Shown here: one piece after another, positions 30,107 through 41,130 of the stretch | Layout of the letters: every line of letters starts with the position of its first letter | Numbering within the stretch: the stretch's first letter is position 1 | Origin: a bacterium | GTDB taxonomy: Bacteria; Zixibacteria; MSB-5A5; CAIYYT01 | Assembly: GCA_016708315.1 (NCBI GenBank) | Contig: JADJGC010000024.1 | Span: 26,638-90,637 of the forward strand | Length of the DNA stretch: 64,000 nucleotides | Reading direction: 5' to 3' | Notes under the pieces: generated by a model | Told to the model about the DNA's origin: nothing | Seen by the model: the letters and a program-made list of their open reading frames with translations, nothing else | The model's database searches: none | Program-made: the position numbers and the translations under genes

Positions 30107-32524
30107 TTACATCATATCGACCGGATCGACATCGACGATTACGTGGACGTTTCGATTGTTCTGCAACTCCTTGGCGTTCACTATCTCATCAAGAATCGGC
30201 GTGACACGGCGGACACTGCGCGTTTTGAGAAGCAGATGGAATCGGAAGAACTCGCGGAGTTTCATAATGGGAGCCGGGATCGGACCCTGAATCGAACAAA
30301 GTTTGTTGAGCGACTTGGCGAGTTGTTCTCCAAGTGACTCGGCGACGGTTTGGGCCATGCTGGCGTCTTTTGATTCGATGGCAATCAGCACCAAATGAGT
30401 AAACGGCGGGAAGCGGAGTTCTTCGCGTTCGGTGATTTCGGACTCGTAGAAGCTCTTGAAATCGTGACCGGCGGCGAGCGCGATTGTGGCATCGGTGGGG
30501 TGAAGTGTCTGCAGGATCACCTTGCCCGGGAAATTGTGGCGCCCTGCCCTGCCGGATACCTGAGTCAATAGTTGGAAGGCGCGTTCGCGGGCACGAAAGT
30601 CGGGGAGTTCCAAAGTCGTGTCGGCTGTTATGATGCCGACCAAGGCAACATCGGGAAAATCGAAGCCCTTGGAGATCATCTGGGTACCCAAGAGCATCTT
30701 CGCAGCGCCGGAACGGAACTTCATGTAAATTTCGCGGAAGCTGCCCTGTTTTCGCGTTGAATCGAGGTCCATTCGAAGGACGGGAATTTCAGGCAGTCGG
30801 CGGCGAAGTTCTTCTTCCATCTTCTCGGTCCCGATGCCGCGATACAAGAAGAGATTACTTTGACAAGACGGGCATTTGTCGGGATACGGTTCGTGGTGCC
30901 CGCAGAGGTGACACATCAGTCGATTACGACCCTTGTGAAAGACCAGTGCGACCGCACAATTTTTGCATTCGATTTTCTTGCCGCAACTGTAGCAATGCAC
31001 TGATGGCGCAAAACCGCGTCGGTTGAGCAGAAGCATAATCTGGCCGTTTTGCTCGATAGCGCCGTTGATTTCTGCAATCAAAGTATCACTGAGATAACCG
31101 GAGCCCTTCTTCTCGAAGCTTTGCTTAAGATCAACGATTTCGACGGCCGGGAGATCGCGGCCATCGACGCGTTCAGGCAGTTCCAGAAGCGCGTACTTTC
31201 CGCTCTTGGCGTTGTAGTAGCTTTCAATCGATGGCGTTGCTGAGCCGAGCACGACAACAGCGCCAAGCTTTTGCGCGCGATATACTGCCAGATCGCGGGC
31301 ATTGTAGCGCGGCGCGGGAGAAGCCTGTTTGTAGGCGGCGTCGTGTTCTTCGTCGACAACGATCAACCCAAGATGCGGAAAAGGCGTGAAAATTGCGGAG
31401 CGCGGACCAAGGACTATCTGCAGCTTGCCGGAGCGTGCTTTGTTCCAGATCTCATAGCGGGATCGAGCGGTTAGGCGCGAGTGGATCAATCCGAGAGAGC
31501 TGCCGAAGACGTTTTCGAGACGCAGATAAATCGCCTGTGCAAGGCCGATTTCCGGGACGAGCACGATGGCCTGTTTGCCGGCTTTGACCGCGTGTTGGAT
31601 GGCGGCGACATAGACCTCGGTCTTGCCAGAACCCGTAACGCCGTGGAGCAAGAATGGCTCGAATTTGTCTGAGGAGATAGCAGAGTTCAGAGCAGTGATG
31701 GCATCTTCCTGAGCGGTAGTCGGCACAAACTCGCGCGGAGTCACCGGTTTCAAGGGCTCGACAAAAGGCGGTTTTTCGGCGATCCGAACAGCACCGGCTG
31801 CTGCCAACTCCTGTATCTGTTTGCGAGTCAAGCGATGGGTTTTGCGCCACTCGACGAGGTCGGCTATACCCCACTCACTAAGGTAATCGACAGCATCGCG
31901 TTCGCGGGATGTGAGTTCCATTTCCGGATCGGTGTGCTCTGAGCGCTCGACCTGATAGTCCTCTTCCTTGAGGCGAGTCGTTTGGACATTCCAATCGACC
32001 TCAATGACCCCGGCTTCGATGAGCTTTTCAATTGCAGCACGCGAGTACGACTGCAAATGATGCGATGCAATCATCGAACGTCCGCGCGATTTGGCCTGAA
32101 CGAATTGGGCAAGCGCGTTGCCTTCGATGGCGAGTTGATCGAGTTTCTCACGGGAGATGATTTGCACGCGCTGAGAGAGCTGCGAAGTTAGCGGCTGGGG
32201 CAACAGCGCTCTGATCGTGTCGCCGAGTGATGCGAGATAGTATTCTGATACGAAACGGCAAAGAGCCAAGTCTGCTGTCGAAATCACCGGCTGGAGATCG
32301 GGCAAGGAGTCGATGGGCCGAGTTTGGCCATCAAAATTCACATCGACAGTAGTGATCACTCCCAGCTGCTTGCGTTTGCCAAGAGGTACGATCACACGGC
32401 GACCGATCAAATCGGGCGACTGCAATTCATCAGGAATGTGATAAGTCAGCGGCTTTTTGATCGAACCAAAAAGACAAACTTCTGCCAGCTTCCGTGCCTT
32501 TTGCATACGAAGCAATATAGGCAA
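30107..32524 (-). CDS. priA: Primosomal protein N' (replication restart helicase PriA)
   Basis: Walker A GVTGSGKTEVY, DEEH box VVDEEHD, and Cys4 zinc-binding region (CYSCGKKIECKNC...CHLCGH...CPSC). Confidence 0.92.
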   Translation of the reverse strand: MPILLRMQKARKLAEVCLFGSIKKPLTYHIPDELQSPDLIGRRVIVPLGKRKQLGVITTVDVNFDGQTRPIDSLPDLQPVISTADLALCRFVSEYYLASLGDTIRALLPQPLTSQLSQRVQIISREKLDQLAIEGNALAQFVQAKSRGRSMIASHHLQSYSRAAIEKLIEAGVIEVDWNVQTTRLKEEDYQVERSEHTDPEMELTSRERDAVDYLSEWGIADLVEWRKTHRLTRKQIQELAAAGAVRIAEKPPFVEPLKPVTPREFVPTTAQEDAITALNSAISSDKFEPFLLHGVTGSGKTEVYVAAIQHAVKAGKQAIVLVPEIGLAQAIYLRLENVFGSSLGLIHSRLTARSRYEIWNKARSGKLQIVLGPRSAIFTPFPHLGLIVVDEEHDAAYKQASPAPRYNARDLAVYRAQKLGAVVVLGSATPSIESYYNAKSGKYALLELPERVDGRDLPAVEIVDLKQSFEKKGSGYLSDTLIAEINGAIEQNGQIMLLLNRRGFAPSVHCYSCGKKIECKNCAVALVFHKGRNRLMCHLCGHHEPYPDKCPSCQSNLFLYRGIGTEKMEEELRRRLPEIPVLRMDLDSTRKQGSFREIYMKFRSGAAKMLLGTQMISKGFDFPDVALVGIITADTTLELPDFRARERAFQLLTQVSGRAGRHNFPGKVILQTLHPTDATIALAAGHDFKSFYESEITEREELRFPPFTHLVLIAIESKDASMAQTVAESLGEQLAKSLNKLCSIQGPIPAPIMKLREFFRFHLLLKTRSVRRVTPILDEIVNAKELQNNRNVHVIVDVDPVDMM

Positions 32525-32586
32525 TTGGGCGGGATGATTCCATCACATCTGTCGTGGGCACAGAATTAAGGGAGAGCAAATAGAAA

Positions 32587-32610
32587 CGGGAGCGCTAAGA
32601 CGCGCTCCCG
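32587..32610 (-). terminator. Perfect 9-bp hairpin (CGGGAGCGC-taagac-GCGCTCCCG) followed on the minus-strand RNA by UUUCUAUUUGCUCU; likely terminator of the TPR gene
   Basis: Read directly. Lies between the TPR gene stop and the priA start. Confidence 0.45.
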
Positions 32611-32633
32611 TAGAAGTTCAAAAGCAGAGAACT

Positions 32634-33962
32634 CTATTTATCCTTGCATTTGCTGGAGGCATCTTCGGCTTCCGGCTTCATTCCCTTGCGGGCATAAACA
32701 AGGCTAAGCTGGCACCAGCAATCGCTGAAGTTGGGGTCGGTTTCGGTGCACTTTTTGTAGGCTTCGAGCGATTCATCCTGTTTTTCGAGGAAGAATGCGG
32801 TATTGCCATACCAGTACCAATAGAGCGGCTCCTTGGCATTGGTCTCGGCGGCCTGCTTGAAATCGGCGAGCGCCTTTGTGTTGTAGTCCTGCCGCGATTT
32901 GATCATTTGGTCCCTAGCGGCGATAAGCGCTGCATCTTTGGGACTGACAGTAAGCAGGCTGTCGATCTTCTGAGCTGAATCGCGCATTTCCGGCGACGAA
33001 GCATTGCGGACATACATTACACCGCGCTGATAGCGAATTTCCGCATTGGCCGGGTTCACTTCAAGAATCTTGTCGAGTGTCTTCTCAAGAGAAGCATTGT
33101 CTCCAAGTGCCTGATACGACATTGCCTGATTGATGAATGCGGCCTCAGCGTTGGCCTTATCGAGCGCGCCGAATTCGCCGTAGTATCGTGCCGAATTGGC
33201 ATAATCTTTCTGATCGAAATAGACGTTGGCCAAGTCATAGACCATAAGCGCATCATTGGGATTCAACTTGTAGCTGCGCTGGTAATACTCCAGGGCCTTG
33301 TCAATGTTGCCGAGTTTCTTTTCGATGAGGGCGAGGTTGGTCCAGATGCCGGGAATTGTATCGTCGATGACAATACATTCGTTGAAGAGACCCTGGCCCT
33401 TATTGAGAAGCTGTTTGACAATGTCAGCCCGCGTCGCTTTGGTTGAATCACCGGGAACAGTCACAGTATCACCAGCGGCTGCGGATGAGTCGGCAGCGGT
33501 CGCCATAACCGACGACACAGAGTCGGCGAGCCTGATTTGTGTTACGCCATCCTTGAAAGCACGGCTCAGTTCGGCTTCCTTGGTCTCGCGAATCTGCTTG
33601 GGCATGTCATCTTTTTGACAAGCTTTAGCGCGCTTTTTGTCGGCGTCCATGTTTTCCTTGGAGCAGATAGCTTCGAATTTGCGAAAGTGATCCATCATTA
33701 CGGAGTATTCCGCGCGTTCAGCGGCGATCAGGCCAAGATAGAAGTGGGCCTCCAGCGGATCCGGATAGTTTGCGACCGCGATATCGAGCAACTCGACGAC
33801 ATGGTCGTAGTCCTTGTCTTTTTGACCCAGATAGATCTTGGCAGACCGAATCAGTGCGTCATAGGGCAGAACTTCCTTCTTCTGCTGAGCAAACGCGGTG
33901 ACCGTCAAGGCTAACAACAACACTCCAATGAGTATCTTTTTCATTCTTATCTCCTCCTGCAA
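32634..33962 (-). CDS. Tetratricopeptide-repeat protein with signal peptide (likely periplasmic or outer-membrane lipoprotein)
   Basis: Signal sequence MKKILIGVLLLALTVTAFA and multiple TPR-like A..Y..A helices. Confidence 0.6.
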   Translation of the reverse strand: MQEEIRMKKILIGVLLLALTVTAFAQQKKEVLPYDALIRSAKIYLGQKDKDYDHVVELLDIAVANYPDPLEAHFYLGLIAAERAEYSVMMDHFRKFEAICSKENMDADKKRAKACQKDDMPKQIRETKEAELSRAFKDGVTQIRLADSVSSVMATAADSSAAAGDTVTVPGDSTKATRADIVKQLLNKGQGLFNECIVIDDTIPGIWTNLALIEKKLGNIDKALEYYQRSYKLNPNDALMVYDLANVYFDQKDYANSARYYGEFGALDKANAEAAFINQAMSYQALGDNASLEKTLDKILEVNPANAEIRYQRGVMYVRNASSPEMRDSAQKIDSLLTVSPKDAALIAARDQMIKSRQDYNTKALADFKQAAETNAKEPLYWYWYGNTAFFLEKQDESLEAYKKCTETDPNFSDCWCQLSLVYARKGMKPEAEDASSKCKDK

Positions 33963-34026
33963 GTGAACTTCGTCACAATCTTAGCTCGGAACCTAATCAT
34001 TCCCGCAAATCAAGTCAAAGAGTTTG

Positions 34027-35373
34027 TTAGCTTCCGTAGCGGATCCGATACTTGAGAACGGCCTCTTGATCAGATTTCGCCGGCACGGTAAACTCAAGTT
34101 GTTGAGCCGTTTTCTTGACATATTCAAAATTCGACTCAACGACCTGCCAGTCGCCGTAGAGGCGGTAGCGAACATTGATCGTTACATTTTCTTCCTTACG
34201 ATTGCGAAGTTTGACCTCAACTGTCTCTTCTCGAACCCGATCGGAAATGCGTCGCGAATCAATGACGGCCGTCTCTGCGGCAATGTCAAATGCGTTGCCG
34301 CCACGCAGTTCAACTTCTTCGTTGCGCGGCGTGTGATCGATCATATCCTCGCCGATAAATTCCTCCGAGCCGTCGCTGTCGAGTTTGGTCACGCGAATCT
34401 TGCCTGCCGGAAGCGGCATACCCAATCCGCCGGACTCGGAATTGACAAATGTCACTACGACGTTGACATCGGTGACGCCGGGGGAAGCCTCGTAGCGATA
34501 GAGCTTCTTAATCTGGGTCGAAGCGGGGTCAAAAAGACTTACCTGCTTGGTTTCGTTGTTGGCCACGGTTGTTGCACGGCCAAGGGTGTAGAGATGGTAT
34601 TCAAAGAAGGATTTCTCTTCGAACCCTCGCCCAGCCGCGTCCATTGCCATTGATTCGTACATAACGCCTTTGGCCATTGCAGGAGGCATGGCACGATGAA
34701 TATCGCCAGCGACAAGTTTCAATTTGGCGTCGCGGTAGGTCTTGCCGGAACGGTTATCGAGCGAAACCCAGCCGGAGAGGCGAAGATTTTTGTCGTCCTT
34801 GTCCAACTGCGCAATGTATTCGGCGTGCCAACTGATGTCGCTGGTCAAATAGGAGATTTCGGCGTCGCGCTTGCCCGAGACGTCGCTGGCAATCAGCCAC
34901 TCAAGGGTTGGGGTGACGATTAAGCCTTCCGGCAGTTTCGGAGCGGAAACGGTCAGCATCTCCAGCGAATTAACGAGGCGAACTGCGCCATCGGCGAGAT
35001 GCAGGACCATGTAGCCGGATGAGAGTGAGAGGAACTTGCCGCTAACGACATCGCCGTTCTTCATGGTGATTTCGACGGTATTGCCAAGATACTTCTGTAG
35101 AATTTTATCCGACGATACCAGGTCGTACTGATAATTCTGTTCGAGTAACTCAACCTTGTCGGAGCCCCGCAGTTTGAAGTGCACCGAGGTCGGGTCGATC
35201 GAAGCCGCGATATCGGTAAGGCTCATGCGATTGGTGCCCTTCTGGAATTCGAGGGTGCGGCCTTCCCTGACCAGCGCGAGGTTCTGATTATACACGGTAA
35301 TGGCAACATCATCGGCCATAGCGATTGAGGCGATGAGTGCGAATGAAAGGACAGAAAGGATTAGTTTCAACAT
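34027..35373 (-). CDS. Secreted DUF4140/DUF4139-family protein (MuiA-like, TIGR02231-type)
   Basis: Signal peptide. N-terminal VYNQNLALVREGRTLEFQKGTNRMSLTDIAASIDPTSV block characteristic of the DUF4140 N-domain. ATG at 35373 preceded by GGAGGAG. Confidence 0.5.
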   Translation of the reverse strand: MLKLILSVLSFALIASIAMADDVAITVYNQNLALVREGRTLEFQKGTNRMSLTDIAASIDPTSVHFKLRGSDKVELLEQNYQYDLVSSDKILQKYLGNTVEITMKNGDVVSGKFLSLSSGYMVLHLADGAVRLVNSLEMLTVSAPKLPEGLIVTPTLEWLIASDVSGKRDAEISYLTSDISWHAEYIAQLDKDDKNLRLSGWVSLDNRSGKTYRDAKLKLVAGDIHRAMPPAMAKGVMYESMAMDAAGRGFEEKSFFEYHLYTLGRATTVANNETKQVSLFDPASTQIKKLYRYEASPGVTDVNVVVTFVNSESGGLGMPLPAGKIRVTKLDSDGSEEFIGEDMIDHTPRNEEVELRGGNAFDIAAETAVIDSRRISDRVREETVEVKLRNRKEENVTINVRYRLYGDWQVVESNFEYVKKTAQQLEFTVPAKSDQEAVLKYRIRYGS

Positions 35374-35588
35374 ATACTCCTCCACTTGTACTATTAACGA
35401 GCCCCGTCGTATCCAGACACTTTTCTCGAGTTCATCTGCGACGCGGCGAACCGGCGCAGCATTGTCCCAGTGCCGATTCATAGCAATTACAAACGTATAC
35501 GGCAATATATTCCGTTGATTTGTTTACTGCAATGGCATCAATGAGTTAGGAATTCGAAAAATTGAGCGGGACGGTCTGTGATTGCCGA

Positions 35589-38500
35589 TTAGAGCTGGCG
35601 AACTTTGGTCCGCAAATCGAGGGCTTCGCGTATCTTGACCAGGAATGTACGCATCTGGAAAGGTTTGGCGATGTATCCGAGGATACCATCCTGGAGAAAT
35701 TCCTGAATATCCTGATCGCTGAAGCCGGACATGATGAGAACTTTGACGTCAGGATTGAATTTCTTGAGAGCTGCAAAGGTATCGCGACCGTTCATTTTCG
35801 GCATCATCATGTCGAGCAGAACAAGATCGATGGCGTTCATACCGGTACGATAGAGTTGAACGGCTTCTTCGCCATCTTTGCAGGAAACGACCTTGTAGCC
35901 CGCCTTGGTGAGCATTCTCTCGGCGAGATTGCGAACGATGTCTTCATCATCGACGAGCAAAATGCGCTCGCGACCATCGACTTTGATTTCGGTAATTTCA
36001 GCCGCGCTCGGAAGCGCTGTACCTTCCAACACCGGGAAATACAAAGTGAAGGCTGAGCCTTTACCGACGCTGCTGGCAACCTCGACACATCCGGCGTGGC
36101 TCTTGACGCAACCGTAAACTCCCGCCAAACCAAGACCGGTACCCTTGCCCTGTTCTTTGGTCGTGAAGAATGGATCAAAGATGTGCGAGAGAATCTTGTC
36201 CTCAATTCCGACACCGGTATCGGATACAGTAATGGAAATGTATTCGCCGGGTCCACGCTCCAGCGAATGACGGTTACAATAGTCAGCGTCGAGATTGACA
36301 TTGCGGGTAGTGATGATTAGTCGGCCACCATCGGGCATGGCATCGCGGGCATTGACGCCGAGGTTGAGAATAGCACTCTGGATCTGCGACGGGTCGCCCT
36401 TGACAAAACTTTGCGACGCAGAAAGCTCTGTTTGAATTTCAATCCGACGGTCGATGGTGTGTGAAAGGATAATCTTGACTTCATTGATTGCATCATGAAT
36501 ATCCATCGGAACAGCGAGGAAGTTGCCCTTGCGCGCGAAAGCGAGCAACTGACTGGTGAGATCGGCGGCGCGCGAAGCGGCACGGATGATTTCGCCGGAG
36601 TAGTCTTTCAGCTTTGAATCGTCGGCTGCTTCGAGACTGATCAATTCGCCAAATCCGCGTATACCGGCGAGAAGATTGTTAAAATCGTGGGCAATTCCGC
36701 TCGCAAGCCGCCCGACAGCCTCGAGTTTCTGCGCTTGGCGAAGTCGTTCTTCGAGTTCGGCCTCTTTGGTGACATCGCGTTTGACAGCGACGAAATTGAT
36801 GACTTTGCCGGCTGCATCTTTAATTGGCGAGATTGCGCATTCTTCTTCATAGAGAGTACCGTTCTTGCGCTTATTGGTGAATCTTCCCACCCAGGGTTCG
36901 CCGGCGCGCAAGGTGGTCCACATATCCCGGTAGTACTCGGCGGATTGCACACCGCTCTTAAGAATTCGCGCGTTCTGACCAATGACTTCTTCGCGGCTGT
37001 ATCCGGAGACATTCACAAAAGCAGAATTGACGTAAATGATCTTGCCGTCGATGTCGCTGATGACGATCGACTCGGTTGCTTGTTCGACCGCTTTCGCAAG
37101 CTGCGAGCGTTCGGTTTCGATTTCGCGTCGATCGGTGATATCACGCGAGTTGAAGACTATAGCGCCGACATGCGGATCATCAAGCAGTTGCGGCCAATCG
37201 TGTCGAGAATGCGCCAACTGCCGTCTTTGTGGCGAATGCGCAATTCTGCAGAAACATCGCCGCCCTTGATGAGAGCGCGCCGCATAATCTCTCGCACGCG
37301 TCGGCAATCGTCGCGATGCAGGCGCCTGAAGATGCTGGTGCCTTTGAGCTCGTCGGCACTGTAGCCGAGCACGCGTTCCACGGACGGGCTCAGGTAGATG
37401 AACTGTCCGTTGATATCAAAGAGTGTGATTACGTCAGACGAGTTATCGATGAGAGCACGGAAATGCTCTTCGCGTGACTGCAGCGCTTCCTCGGCGTGTT
37501 TCTGCTCGCTGATATCGGCAATGAACCCTTCGAGGGCAACAACCCTGTTCTCTTCGTCTACAACTGCGCTGCCCTGTTCCCAAACGAACTTGATCTCGCC
37601 GTTGCGTGTGATGAGACGATAGGTGAGCCGGTACGATTCACGTCGTTCGATGCCTCGTTGCACTTCGTTCCAGACCATTGTGCGATCATCAGGATGGATT
37701 AGATCATTGTATTGGACCGACCCGCCAATCTGCATCTCAGATGGGGTGTAGCCGGTCAATTGACGACAACCTTCACTGACGAATTCCATCGGCCAATCGG
37801 GGGTGTTCTGGCATCGATACGCCATTCCTGGAAGATTCCCGAGGAGAGCGGACACAGATCTCTGCTGATCGCGCAATTTTGCCTCTGCAAGTTTGCGCGC
37901 GGTGATGTCTTCGAATACGGTAACGAAGTATCCTTCTCTGGGACTATAGGCAGAAATCCAGAACCAGCGACCAAGCTCGGGTGTTTCGCTTTCAAACTTG
38001 ACTGTCTCGCCATTGAGCGCGACGCGGCCATACTTGCCGATCCAATTTTCCTTGGCGGATTCGATGCCGGGGATGACTTCGGTAACGCATCTGCCTATTA
38101 AGTTTTCGCGTTTGAGTCCAGTCATTTCCTCAAAGACAGAGTTGACCTCAAGAAATATGTAGTCGATGGGATTGCCGCTCGGATCGAGGACTATCTTGTG
38201 GAGTGCAAAGCCATCGATCAAGTTTTCGAACAAAGAACGATACTTCTCTTCGCTTTCGCGCAACGCATCGTGAGATATCTTCTCGCTGGTAATCGACTCG
38301 GTAAAGACGATGATGCCGCCGATTGAATCCTGACTGGTTCGCCACGGACTAACAATGAATCGTATCCAACCTACTGTACCGTCAGCGCGGATGATCCTTT
38401 CTTCAGTGCTTTCAACGGTCTCTCCCGCCATGGCATGACGGTAGATATCACGCCAGCGTTCACTGGTCTCCGGGAAGAATTCGAATTGAGAATGTCCAAT

Positions 38501-40036
38501 AACGCCCTGATCGCGCAGCCGATATTCCTCGAGCCACGCAGTCGTGGCAAAGAGGTAGCGCATCTGCTTATCGAAGATTGCTATCGCTGTCGGCGTGTGC
38601 TTAAACACCAGCCGGAATCGTTCATCGCTTTCACGCAAAGCGGCCTCGGTGCGCAGCTTGTCGGTGATATCAAAAATCGTCGAGTACAAGTAGTCGCGCC
38701 CGTCGAGACTGAGCGGACTCGAGTGAACCTCTACCTGTCGGACTTCACCGGACGAGAGTCGGTGGTCGAATATGAATCGGTTTCGCTGCTCGCCGCTGGC
38801 GGTGCGCATTAGATCGCGCACTTCTATTTCAGGCAGTGTGTTGATGTCCCAGACTTTTAGGGAGCGCAGTTGCTCGACCGAGTAGCCATAGAAGCTTGCC
38901 GCTGCGGGGTTCGCATCGATGATCGTACCGTTTGCAGGATCAATCACGAGTTTGACAGCTTCGTTCTTTTCGAAGAGTTGGCGGAATCGCCGTTCACCCG
39001 CTGCGTGGCTTTCTGTGAGCCTTGTGCGCTGCAGGTATTGGGCAATCTGTATTCCAATTCCGCTGACTGTCTGGAGCAGGTCGGTGTCGATACTATACGA
39101 CTCTATACTGTAAAGCGTAAAAATGCCGCCATCGACAGTGCCGTCAGAAATCGGGAATGACAGGCTGGTCTTTAGCCCGAGTTTTGCTGTAGCTTTACGA
39201 CGCTCTATGGGGTCAGAATCGACGACAGTTGCTGTCCAAAGCGGTAAACCGCCGGTCCAAACCTTTCCTTGTGTCATCTGGGCTCGATCCAACTGCAGCG
39301 TGCGGGTTATGGCGACAAATTCGTCTGTCGATTTGAGATTTTCAGCGCACCAGATTTGCGAAATGCGCAGTTGGGGACTGCCTTCTACCGGAATCCAGTG
39401 CTCACAGATTTGCCAGCCCAACTCCTTGCCAATGGCTTCAAGCGTTGACAAGATTGCCGAATCCGATGCTTTTGCAGAAGATAAGATGTTTGCGACAGTG
39501 TGTTGGGCTTTGAGATGTTGATGTCGCGTGTAGACTTCGGTGACACATTCGGATCGAATAGTCGTGAGGATCAGTTCCTCGCCTTCGGAGGTTTTGACTA
39601 TGCGGCTATCTTCCTCAACTCGAACTTGCACACCATCAACGCGATAAATTACATACTCGGTTCTAAACGGAGTACGGTGGTGGATTACAGAGTCAAAATA
39701 TTCGACAACCTGATCACGATGCAATTGATGGATGCAATCGAAACGGAGTTGGGGACATTTCTGCAGTTCTTCAGCGGAGAAGCCAAAAACGGCGGTTGTC
39801 GCTTTGTTGGCGTAACGGACTTGCGCGCCATCAAGGCTGAACAGAATGTGAACATCCCGCAGGTTGTCGAGAATAGCCTTGATGATAGCTCCGTTCCTAA
39901 ATCTTTTAGCCCTTTGGTCGGAGTCGGAGGTGAGTGCGAAACTTCGCTTTTCAGATGCTGGGTCGGTTCCGACAGGCAACCAACATTGTGTGTTTTCCTC
40001 TTGAATTATCGGAAACGCATCAATAGACGTTAGCAA
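35589..40036 (-). pseudogene. Giant multi-PAS/GAF hybrid sensor histidine kinase (HisKA + HATPase + C-terminal receiver), interrupted by a single-base frameshift inside a PAS domain near 37183-37197. Read as two ORFs (959 aa and 572 aa) overlapping at 37157-37307.
   Basis: About 8 PAS/PAC modules and one GAF in the upstream ORF. Downstream ORF has H-box AHDFNNLLAGIRGF, HATPase motifs DTGVGI/GTGLGL and a receiver domain (LLVDDE...LLDMMMP). Frame A ends ...RHKDGSWRILDTIGRN-CLMIRMSAL* while frame B continues ...LLDDPHVGAIVFNSRDITDRREIE, which is the continuation of the same PAS/PAC fold. Inserting one C after AAC in GGCCGCAAC|TGCTTGATGATCC fuses them. Confidence 0.7.
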
Positions 40037-40207
40037 AAGAAGAGAAGTATAAGAGCTATTTAATTGGTATTTTTCGGGGGCGTTGCGTTGAGAATCAATA
40101 GCTTACGCGTGTTCCATTGAGAAACGCCAGGCGACAAAGTGGATACTTATTCCTATGAAGAGTTTCGACTTGAAATCCCGAAATGGTTACGATAGACGGA
40201 AAAGGAG

Positions 40208-40993
40208 TTAAAGAAGCTTGGCGCGCTGCCATTCTTCTTCCATTTGAGCCAACGTTGCCTGCTTAAGCGTCAGTCCACGCGCTTGTAGTGCCTTCTCCAT
40301 TTTGTCAAAGCGATCGGAAAATTTGCGAATCGTACCGTTGAGACAAGTCTCCGGTTCAGCCTGAATGTGACGAGCAAAATTCACGAGTGAGAAAAGCAGG
40401 TCGCCGAATTCGTCTTGAATGGCGGCTTTGTCATTTAGGGAAAGCGCTTCTTTGAACTCTGAAAGTTCTTCGTCGATTTTAGCAAAGATGTCTTCCGCGC
40501 GCTCCCAGTCGAATCCGAATTGAGCGGCTTTCTCCTGCACGCGATAGGCTTTGAGCAACGACGGCATCGTTTTCGGAACTCCGGAAAGCACTGTCAAATG
40601 CCGCTCTTCCTTCTTGCGAGTCTTCAGCTTGACAGCCTCCCAATTTTGCCGCACCTGATCCGGAGTCAAGTCCTTGCGGTCGCCGAAGACATGCGGGTGG
40701 CGTTCGATCATCTTCTGAGTGACGACTTCGACTACATCGCGCATGTCGAACTTGCCGAGTTCTTCGGCGATTTCAGCCTGAAAGATGATGTGAAGCAGGA
40801 TGTCGCCGAGCTCTTCTTTGAGCTTGTCGTAGTCGGAAGCTTCACCGGCTTCGACTGCTTCGTACGTCTCCTCGATCATGTACGGCAGCAGCGACTGAGT
40901 GGTCTGTGCGCGATCCCAATTACATCCTCCCGGCGCACGCAATTTGCGAAGGATTTCGACCAATTCCTGAAATGATGTTCCTGACTCTCTCAC
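40208..40993 (-). CDS. mazG: Nucleoside triphosphate pyrophosphohydrolase MazG
   Basis: Tandem MazG domains with E..E..E..D motifs (EETYEAVEA...EELGDIL). Confidence 0.85.
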   Translation of the reverse strand: MRESGTSFQELVEILRKLRAPGGCNWDRAQTTQSLLPYMIEETYEAVEAGEASDYDKLKEELGDILLHIIFQAEIAEELGKFDMRDVVEVVTQKMIERHPHVFGDRKDLTPDQVRQNWEAVKLKTRKKEERHLTVLSGVPKTMPSLLKAYRVQEKAAQFGFDWERAEDIFAKIDEELSEFKEALSLNDKAAIQDEFGDLLFSLVNFARHIQAEPETCLNGTIRKFSDRFDKMEKALQARGLTLKQATLAQMEEEWQRAKLL

Positions 40994-41074
40994 TGAATAT
41001 TCGCGCCTTTCTTCCGATTAGAGGAGGACAATATAGAGGCGAACACGGCGGCGACCAAGGCGTTTTAATATCGT

Positions 41075-41102
41075 CTTGACATCATTGGACTAACGGCTAT
41101 AC
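41075..41102 (+). promoter_or_regulatory. Sigma70 promoter for valS (-35 TTGACA, 16-nt spacer, -10 TATACT)
   Basis: Near-consensus hexamers about 30 nt upstream of the valS ATG at 41131. Confidence 0.5.
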
Positions 41103-41130
41103 TCATAGCTTACTTTTGGAAGAGAGATTT

